Shown: positions 1 to 7,308 of the stretch, piece by piece
Layout of the letters: each line of letters begins with the position of its first letter
Position numbering within the stretch: position 1 is the stretch's first letter
Position numbers and translations under genes: made by a program
Assembly: GCA_038060895.1 (NCBI GenBank)
Contig: JBBTCT010000040.1
Location: 1 to 43,530, forward strand
DNA: 43,530 bases
Origin: Planctomycetota bacterium
GTDB taxonomy: Bacteria; Planctomycetota; MHYJ01; WSZJ01
Direction: 5' to 3'
Notes under the pieces: generated by a model
The model's database searches: none
Seen by the model: only the letters and a program-made list of their open reading frames with translations
Told to the model about the DNA's origin: nothing

Positions 1-99
1 CGCCCCCCCCGCGCGACCCCCACCCGCCCTCCCCCAGCCCCTGCCGTTTTCCCGCGTTCAACCCTTCGCTTTCCCCCGCACCTGAGCGATGATTCCCTC

Positions 100-1422
100 A
101 TGAGCACCATGACCCAGCGCCCTGTCGTCGACTGCACCACCCTCGCCAAACAGACCTCCGCCAACCGCGTCTCGAAGATGGCCTCGGGGCTGGTCGGCTC
201 CGAGATCCTGAAGATCGCGGGGGAAATCCGCGCGATGATCAAGGGCGGGAAGAAGATCTGCAACCTGACGGTGGGGGATTTCGACCCGAAGCAGTTCCCG
301 ATTCCGGTGAAGCTGAAGAACGAGATCGGGAAGGCGCTGGAAAAGGGCGAGACGAACTACCCCCCGAGCGATGGCGTGATGGATCTGCGGCAGGCGGTGC
401 AGCGGTACTACGAGCGCGAGCTGGGACTCAAGTATCCGGTGGAATCATTCCTGATCTGCGGCGGCGCGCGGCCGGCGATCTACGGGACTTACCGCACGCT
501 GGTCGATCCCGGTGACAAAGTCGTCTACCCGCTTCCGTCGTGGAACAACAACCACTACATCCACCAGCTCGGCGCGGTGGGTGTCAAAGTGCCGTGCACG
601 CCGGAAAACAAGTTCCTGCCGACGCTGGCGGACCTGCAGCCGGCGTTTGCGGGGGCGCGGCTCGTGTGCCTGAATTCGCCGCTCAACCCGACGGGGACCG
701 CGATCGAGCCCGCGGCGCTGCGGGCGATCTGCGAAGGCATCGTTGCGGAGAACCGCCGCCGCGAGGAAAAGGGCGAACGTCCGCTCTTCCTGATGTACGA
801 CCACGTCTACTGGCCGCTCTGCGTCGGCGAGACGAAGCACGTGACGCCGCCCGAGCTCGTTCCCGAGATGGCGCGGTGGACGGTGTTCGTGGACGGGATC
901 TCCAAGGCATTCGCGGCCACGGGCGTCCGCGTCGGCTGGGCGGTCGGGCCCGTGGACGTCATCGAGCGCATGTCCGCCATCCTCGGCCACGTCGGCGCCT
1001 GGGCGCCGCGCGCCGAGCAGGTCGCGACCGTCGCGCTTCTCGACGACCCCGCGGCGTGCTCCGAGTTCTCGAAGACCTTCATGGCCGGCGTCACCCGCCG
1101 CCTCGATGCCCTTCACGCCGGCTTCCAGAAAATGAAATCCCGTGGTCTCCCCGTCGACAGCATCGCCCCGATGGGCGGCATCTACCTCACCGTCCGCATT
1201 CACCCGTTCGGCAAGAAAGCTGCGTCAGGAAGCGCTCTCAAGACCAACGAGGACATCCGCCGGTACGTGCTCGACGCCGCGGCCATCGGAATCGTCGCAT
1301 TTCAGGCATTCGGTGCGCCGGACGAGTCGGGGTGGTTCCGGCTGTCGGTCGGCGCGGTGAGCGAAGCGGACATTGCCGAGGCTTTGCCGAGGCTCGAAGC
1401 GGCGCTCGCGGCGCTCTCGTAG
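100..1422 (+). CDS. PLP-dependent aminotransferase class I/II (aspartate aminotransferase-like)
   Basis: 440 aa; NLTVGDFD, YPPSDG, NSPLNPTG, DHVY, PLP-lysine motif GISKAFAATGVRVGW, C-terminal FRLS. Confidence 0.93.
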   Translation: MSTMTQRPVVDCTTLAKQTSANRVSKMASGLVGSEILKIAGEIRAMIKGGKKICNLTVGDFDPKQFPIPVKLKNEIGKALEKGETNYPPSDGVMDLRQAVQRYYERELGLKYPVESFLICGGARPAIYGTYRTLVDPGDKVVYPLPSWNNNHYIHQLGAVGVKVPCTPENKFLPTLADLQPAFAGARLVCLNSPLNPTGTAIEPAALRAICEGIVAENRRREEKGERPLFLMYDHVYWPLCVGETKHVTPPELVPEMARWTVFVDGISKAFAATGVRVGWAVGPVDVIERMSAILGHVGAWAPRAEQVATVALLDDPAACSEFSKTFMAGVTRRLDALHAGFQKMKSRGLPVDSIAPMGGIYLTVRIHPFGKKAASGSALKTNEDIRRYVLDAAAIGIVAFQAFGAPDESGWFRLSVGAVSEADIAEALPRLEAALAALS

Positions 1423-1455
1423 GCCGCACCTCCGCGCGATGCCGGGGAGGCTCGC

Positions 1456-3000
1456 ATGAACTTCGCGGAAACCGCTTATCTGTTCCGCCACGCTCTCCTG
1501 CGCGATGCTGCGTACCAGCTTCAGCTCCCCGGCGACCGCGCGCGGCTTCACGTGCTGGCGTTCAGGGTTCTCGAACAAGCGTCCGGGGGGCGGGCGCCTG
1601 AGCCGGCGCACCTGGCCGGTGAGGGAGCTGCGGCCTTTCAGCCGCACCAGGCGGATTCGGCGGCGCTGGAGCTTGCCGGGCATGCGCGGCTCGCACTCGG
1701 TGCGCCGGACGTCCTTCCAAGCGCCGAGCTGCCCGACCTTCGCGCCGCGCTGCGGCTCTATCTGCGCCGCGCGGCCGAGCATGCGGAAAGGCAGTTCCGG
1801 TTCGAGCTGTCCTGCACCTGCTGGCGCGGGCTTGCGGAAGTCTTCACGGGAAGCGAGAAAGGTGAATCCCTTCGCCGCGCAGCCGTGGCGACCTGGAGCG
1901 GAGGTCGATTGCGGAGTGCCGAGCCGCTTCTGGGCGAAGCGCTCGCCGTCTTGCGCGAGGCCGGCGACCGGCGACTGGAGGGCGTCGCCCTGGCGAGCAT
2001 GGCCAACCTGTATCGGGAGACCGGACGCGCGGCGCTTGCCGAGCGCCTGTATGGGGAGGCGCTCGTGATTCACCGCGAAGTCGGCGACCCGGGTTCCGAG
2101 GGAACTACGCTGAGAAATCTGGGAATCCTGTACTGGGAATCCGGGAATGTCGTGGAGGCCGAGCGCATTCACGGGCAGGCGCTCGCCGTGTACCGCGAAG
2201 CCGGCGACCGGCGTGCGGAGGGAGTCGCCGTGGGGAACATAGCCCTCCTGTACCAGGGAACCGGGCGGGTGGAGGAGGCCGAGCGTTCCTACGAACTCGC
2301 ACTCGCCATTCGCCGCGAAATCGGCGACAGGCGGCTGGAGGGAAGCGCGCTCTCAAACCTCGCGGGGCTGTACCAGGAAACCGGGCGGCACGACCGCGCC
2401 GAGCACCTGTTCGAGCAGGCGATTGCCATCGCCCGGGAAGTCAGCGACCGGCGCCTCGAGGGTGTCGTCCTGGGAAATCTCGCCCACCTGTACCAGGAGA
2501 CCGGCCGTTCCCGGCAGGGCGAGGTCACTTGCCTGCAGGCTCTTGCCATCCACCGGGAAGTCGGCAACCGCCGTTCCGAAGGCATCACGCTCGGAAACCT
2601 CGCCAGCCTTTTCCAGGACAGCGGGCGCGCCGGGGAGGCCGAGCAGCTTTTCGAGCAGGCGCTCTCCATCAATCGTGAGGTCGGCAACCGCGGCTCCGAG
2701 GGAGTCGTCCTGGGAAATCTCGCCGGCCTCCTCAAGGTGACCGGTCGGCAGGAGCAGGCCGAGCGCCTGTACACGCAGGCCCTCGCCCTCCATCGCGCCG
2801 TAGGCGACCGGCTCATGGAGGGCTCTCACCTCTGCGGGTATTCCCGCCTCCTGCTCGAGCGGGGACGATGGGTCGAAGCGCGCCAGGCCTGGCTGGACGG
2901 CGAGGCCATCCTGCGGGAGATCCGCGACACGACGGAGCTGGCGCGCCAGGCCGCCGCCATGCGCGAGGCTTACGCGAAGGCGGGCGTGCCGTTCCCCTAG
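1456..3000 (+). CDS. Tetratricopeptide-repeat protein (40-aa repeats) with N-terminal FRHALLRDAAY motif
   Basis: About 8 repeats of the type ALAIHREVGDRRxEGxxLGNLAxLYxETGR; purine-rich RBS ggggagg before the ATG. Confidence 0.88.
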   Translation: MNFAETAYLFRHALLRDAAYQLQLPGDRARLHVLAFRVLEQASGGRAPEPAHLAGEGAAAFQPHQADSAALELAGHARLALGAPDVLPSAELPDLRAALRLYLRRAAEHAERQFRFELSCTCWRGLAEVFTGSEKGESLRRAAVATWSGGRLRSAEPLLGEALAVLREAGDRRLEGVALASMANLYRETGRAALAERLYGEALVIHREVGDPGSEGTTLRNLGILYWESGNVVEAERIHGQALAVYREAGDRRAEGVAVGNIALLYQGTGRVEEAERSYELALAIRREIGDRRLEGSALSNLAGLYQETGRHDRAEHLFEQAIAIAREVSDRRLEGVVLGNLAHLYQETGRSRQGEVTCLQALAIHREVGNRRSEGITLGNLASLFQDSGRAGEAEQLFEQALSINREVGNRGSEGVVLGNLAGLLKVTGRQEQAERLYTQALALHRAVGDRLMEGSHLCGYSRLLLERGRWVEARQAWLDGEAILREIRDTTELARQAAAMREAYAKAGVPFP

Positions 3001-3041
3001 TGGTGAGTCAGCTTTAATTCCGGCGTGGAGGCCGGCATCGG

Positions 3042-4238
3042 TCAGCGCTTCAGGACGTCGATCGAGGACGCCCCGATAAACGCTCCCAGGCGCTCGAGCG
3101 CCGTGCGGAGGCGCCCCTCGTGCCTGCGAGACTTCTCCCACCAGACGCCGCGGATCTCGAGCGTGCCGGTGTCGCGGCGGAATTTCGGCTCGACGCGCGC
3201 GACAAGCTCCTCGCCGTCGAGCACCGGCATCACATAGTAGCCATGCTTGCGCTTCGGCGCCGGTACGAAGGCCTCGAAGTGATAGTCGAACCCGAACAGC
3301 CGCAGCGCACGTGCGCGGTCGCGAAGGATCGGGTCGAACGGACTGAGCAGGCGCGTTCGATCGGGCGGCGAGGGGAGCCTCTTCAGGCGCGCACGCCAGC
3401 CGGCGACCGCGATCGCCTTGCGCGGCGCCGAGCCGTCGACGGATTCGACCACCACGTTTTCCGCTTCCCCGCGCCCGACGGCTTCACGGCACCACCGGCG
3501 CGCGTCGGACGGCGTGACCGCCCGCCAGAACTGGAAGATCTCGCTGGGGGAAGCGACGCCGAGCCGCTCGAGCGCTGAGCGGCAGGCCCAGTCGGCATGC
3601 TCGCGCGGCTCCGGCGCCGGGAGTCCGTGCACTTCCGGCAGCACGCGTTCGGTCAGGTCGTAAACTTTCTGGAAGGCTTCGCGCCTCACGATCGCGAGCT
3701 CGCCGGAGCGCCAGAGCACCTCGAGAGCCGCTTTCTGCGGTTTCCAGCCCCACCAGCCGCCGGGCTCGCCCTTGCGGTCGTGCTCGAAGTCGCGCGAGAG
3801 CACCGGCCCGTCGCGGCGGATCCGCTCGCGGATTTCGTCCATGATTCTCCGGTAGCCGGGCCCCAGACGTTCGCGAAGCCAGCCGTCGCCGCGAATGCGT
3901 TTCAGGAAGCGAGAGAAGCGATGGCGCCAGTGCGGGAAGAATGAGGTGGGGATGGCGGAAGCGTCGTGGGTCCAGTGCTCGAAGAGGGAGCGGCGTTTCT
4001 CAAGGAGGCCCGACAGCAGCGCGGGGCGGTAGGCGTCGAGGCGGGAGGCGAGCGTGAGGTGGTGGGCGCGCTCAACGACGTTGATCGAGTCGACCTGTAC
4101 GAAGCCCATGCGCTCCACGAGCGACTGGACGGATGCTGCCGTCGCGGGGCGCGCGGGGTCGTCGAGGAGGCCCTGCGCGCCGAGGAGCAGGCGGCGCGCC
4201 TCGGCGGCGCGCACGACGGGCATTATCTTCGCCGGCAT
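3042..4238 (-). CDS. ycaQ: YcaQ/AlkZ-family (HTH_42) interstrand-crosslink repair DNA glycosylase
   Basis: QVDSINVVERAHHL (QxD catalytic motif), FEHWTHDAS, YDLTERV, LLSPFDP, EAFVPAPKRKHGYYVMP. Confidence 0.88.
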   Translation of the reverse strand: MPAKIMPVVRAAEARRLLLGAQGLLDDPARPATAASVQSLVERMGFVQVDSINVVERAHHLTLASRLDAYRPALLSGLLEKRRSLFEHWTHDASAIPTSFFPHWRHRFSRFLKRIRGDGWLRERLGPGYRRIMDEIRERIRRDGPVLSRDFEHDRKGEPGGWWGWKPQKAALEVLWRSGELAIVRREAFQKVYDLTERVLPEVHGLPAPEPREHADWACRSALERLGVASPSEIFQFWRAVTPSDARRWCREAVGRGEAENVVVESVDGSAPRKAIAVAGWRARLKRLPSPPDRTRLLSPFDPILRDRARALRLFGFDYHFEAFVPAPKRKHGYYVMPVLDGEELVARVEPKFRRDTGTLEIRGVWWEKSRRHEGRLRTALERLGAFIGASSIDVLKR

Positions 4239-4272
4239 CCCGAGAACTTACTCCGCGCCCGCCGAACCCGCC

Positions 4273-5139
4273 TCAATCATTCAACAGGAGGCGCACGGCC
4301 TGTTCGGCCGAGCGCAGGCATCTCGGTTTCGCCGCGGCGATGCCGTAGTGCGCGTCGTACACCGCGACGCAGAGTGCCTGGAAAAGCGCGCGGCCGGCGA
4401 GGCCGGCGTCAACCGGGCCGTCGTAGTGAGCGAGGACTTCGCGCAGGAATGCTCCCCCGCCCCAGTTCGCAACGCCCGCGAAATCCGTCGCGGGGTCGCC
4501 GATGCGCGCATCGGACCAGTCGATGACGCCGGAGAGGCGGTCGCCGTCGAGAAGCGCGTGCTCGGGGCCGAAGTCGTTGTGGACGAGAAGGGCGGGCCCT
4601 TCATAGGGCGCCGGCGCGGTCTTGAGACGCTCGCGCGCGGCGGCGCCGGGCTCGCCGAAAGAATCCAGCGCGGCAATCCACCCGTTCGCGCGCGCCTGCA
4701 TGTTGAGGAGATTTCGCGGGCCGCTGGGAACCGTGAGGGAGGAAGTGGGGATTGCGTGGAGCGCGGAGAAGAACTGGCCGAGTTGCGGCGCGAGCGTGCG
4801 GGCCAGCGCGGGGTCCCAGTCACGGCCGGCCAGCGGCTCGCCGCGCAGGAATCCGTACCCGAACCAGGTCCCCGCGTCGAAAGCGACTTCCGGGATCGGG
4901 ACCGGGAGCTTTCCCGCGATCGCCTTGAGCAATGGAATCTCCACCCGGGCATCCTCGTCGCCGTCGGCGTGCTTCGAAAGCCGGAAGACCCACTTCCCCT
5001 CCACGAGAAACGCCCGGCTGTCCCATCCTTCTCCGAGGTACTCGACTCGGGCGCCGGCGAGTTCAGGGAAGCGTTCCGCGATGCGACGCGCGGTCCCCGG
5101 GATGTCGAGGGGTCGATCGGTTTCCCAGGGTTGCGGCAT
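4273..5139 (-). CDS. Aminoglycoside phosphotransferase (APH)-family kinase
   Basis: GEGWDS loop, Brenner-like HNDFGPEH, VIDWSDARIGDPATD. Confidence 0.85.
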   Translation of the reverse strand: MPQPWETDRPLDIPGTARRIAERFPELAGARVEYLGEGWDSRAFLVEGKWVFRLSKHADGDEDARVEIPLLKAIAGKLPVPIPEVAFDAGTWFGYGFLRGEPLAGRDWDPALARTLAPQLGQFFSALHAIPTSSLTVPSGPRNLLNMQARANGWIAALDSFGEPGAAARERLKTAPAPYEGPALLVHNDFGPEHALLDGDRLSGVIDWSDARIGDPATDFAGVANWGGGAFLREVLAHYDGPVDAGLAGRALFQALCVAVYDAHYGIAAAKPRCLRSAEQAVRLLLND

Positions 5140-5228
5140 GAGGTGTCAATCGCGTCCCGGGCAGAAAGGTTCTCATTCCTTTCCATAACCGTCCGCTTCC
5201 CTGCATCTCGACGCTTCACCCACAAACG

Positions 5229-5244
5229 CGGCACGAGCGTTGCG
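5229..5244 (+). promoter_or_regulatory. Candidate sigma-54 (-24/-12) promoter
   Basis: CGGCAC-GAGCG-TTGCG with GG-N10-GC spacing, upstream of the 5390 CDS. Confidence 0.4.
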
Positions 5245-5389
5245 ATTTGAGTCCCTTCGACATCCGAAGTCATGCGAAACAGTCGAAACAGGGGGTTTGA
5301 AGCGCTTGGCGCCGTGCGGCGCCGACGCCGATCGTCTGTTTTTATTACGCATCGTTATAAAACAAGTCACCGGTAAAAGGAGTCCCTTC

Positions 5390-7114
5390 GTGAAGCCGAT
5401 CCTCGCGCTCGTCGCTTCCCTGCCCTTGCTCTCAGGCTGTGCGATCCTTTTCCGCGACCCCACCCACGTCGATTTCCGCGCCGCGGTCGGCGCCGATGAC
5501 TGGCCCCGGGTCGCCCTCGAACCCCTGCAGGTCCCTTCACTCGAATTGCCCCGCAGGCCGTCGACCGCCGATGAGATCCGCGTTTGTTGCGGCCGACTCG
5601 GCGACGACGATCCGGACGTGCGCGACCAGGTCACCGAAGCCCTCGCCGAAGCCGGCGAAGCCGCGCTCCCCGCGCTTCGCGCCATCCGCGAACGCGGCGA
5701 ATCCGAGGCCGCGGCCCGCGCCGGACAGCTCATCGAGCGCATCCTCTTCGGCGACGTCGATGCGCTCCGAACCCGCCTGCGACAGAACTCCGCCCCCGAC
5801 GCGCCTTTCGTAGTCACCCTGGAGCCCCCGCTCGACCTCCGGATGGACTCGCGTCACGACGCCCTCGAAATCCTCTCGACGCTTCAGATGGCCAACCGGG
5901 GCGGCGCAGTCGAGGACCCCGATGCCCGCCAGGCGCGGATCGCCTTCAACCTGATGGGCCTCCTCGTCGGAAGCAGCGCCTTCGACCGCGCCGGCCGCCG
6001 CCGCGCCGCCGGCTACGACGATCCCCGCGACCCGGTCGCCATGACTGCCTTCGCGCGCATCGTCCGCTACGGCCTCCGCTCCCCCGACCGCGCGATTCAG
6101 CGCGCAGCGCTGGGGACCGCGTCGTTGATGGGAGGAATCTGGGAGGCGGCGCTCTTCCCGGACATGATCGCGATCGGGCGCGACGCGAACGACGCGCTGG
6201 CCGAGGAAGCGCTGCTGGCCGTTGCCGCAGCGGCCCGTGCAGGCGCCGAGGACATCGGCCCGGCGCTCGTCCGTGACTTCGGCGGCACACCCCCGGGCCC
6301 CACGAACGTCTCGCAGACCCTGCGTCCCTGGGCCGATCTGCTGGTCTCCATCGCCGAGGACACCCACCGCCCCATGACCGCGCGCGCCGCCGCTCTTGAA
6401 GCCGCGTGCTACTCGGGCGAAGCGCGCCTGTCGCTGCGGATCCAGGCGCTCTGCGAAGTCCCGGGACTGAAGTTCCGTGCGTTCCAGGCGATCGTCGCGC
6501 TCGGCGGGCCGGAAGCCGACGAAGCGATCCTGCGGGCGCTCGGGGACTCGTTCGGTGAAGTCGGGGCCGAGGAAGCGGTGTCGGCCGCCGTGCGGCGCGG
6601 GACGCGCGCGGCGATCCCTCTTCTGGCAAAGGCGTGGATCGACAGCGGACTGGGCTGCGCCGCCATCGGGGCGATCGCAACGGCCGACGATCTCGGCGAG
6701 ATCCTCTTCCTGCTCGAAAGCCGCATCACCGTTGAGGAAGTGCGGCCCCTCTTCGGCGCGCTCGTCCGGTTTTCCCCGCTTCCCGAACCCTACGACGCCC
6801 GTGCCCGGCGACTCCTCCGCGACCACCTCCGTGCGTCCGTCCCGAACGTCCGCTTCCTCGCCGCCTGTGCGCTCTCCGCGATGGATGTGCGCGCCGGCAT
6901 TGCGGCCTGGGGCAGCCGGCTGGAAGACGAAGGCGTGGTGACCGTGACGTGGCCCGGCTTCGAGACGGGGCTGCCGATGTGGGCGTACGCGTGTGGCGGG
7001 CTTTCGCAGCTCAGCGAGAACTACTTTCAGGGCGAGCACGACGATCAGCGGGAGCAATGGAAGGAATGGTGGGAGGAGCATGCGGCGGAATTCGAGACGG
7101 GAGACGCGCGCTGA
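5390..7114 (+). CDS. HEAT-repeat putative lipoprotein
   Basis: GTG at 5390 after aaggag; signal peptide with lipobox LSG-C; HEAT-like LGDDDPDVRDQVTEALAEAGEAALPAL; ends with QWKEWW. Confidence 0.7.
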   Translation: MKPILALVASLPLLSGCAILFRDPTHVDFRAAVGADDWPRVALEPLQVPSLELPRRPSTADEIRVCCGRLGDDDPDVRDQVTEALAEAGEAALPALRAIRERGESEAAARAGQLIERILFGDVDALRTRLRQNSAPDAPFVVTLEPPLDLRMDSRHDALEILSTLQMANRGGAVEDPDARQARIAFNLMGLLVGSSAFDRAGRRRAAGYDDPRDPVAMTAFARIVRYGLRSPDRAIQRAALGTASLMGGIWEAALFPDMIAIGRDANDALAEEALLAVAAAARAGAEDIGPALVRDFGGTPPGPTNVSQTLRPWADLLVSIAEDTHRPMTARAAALEAACYSGEARLSLRIQALCEVPGLKFRAFQAIVALGGPEADEAILRALGDSFGEVGAEEAVSAAVRRGTRAAIPLLAKAWIDSGLGCAAIGAIATADDLGEILFLLESRITVEEVRPLFGALVRFSPLPEPYDARARRLLRDHLRASVPNVRFLAACALSAMDVRAGIAAWGSRLEDEGVVTVTWPGFETGLPMWAYACGGLSQLSENYFQGEHDDQREQWKEWWEEHAAEFETGDAR

Positions 7115-7227
7115 TTACATTCCGGCGCATGCGAAACGCGCTGAGCGCAGACACGCGCTGATACGGCCAACGACCAGAAATTTCAGCTCCGGAGCGTGCT
7201 CGGCCCCACATTAACTTCTCCCATTCC

Positions 7228-7255
7228 TTGCACCTCCTCGAATCGCCAGTAAAAT
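7228..7255 (+). promoter_or_regulatory. Candidate sigma-70 promoter of gyrA
   Basis: TTGCAC-16 nt-TAAAAT. Confidence 0.5.
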
Positions 7256-7308
7256 GAGGCGCTCTAAGGACTTGCCGTCATTTTGCCTCCCCGATTCCAG
7301 ACCCGCGC

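Noticed and set aside
1950-2830. 120-bp periodic DNA repeats as a non-coding array
   Set aside because: Fully explained by the 40-aa TPR units.
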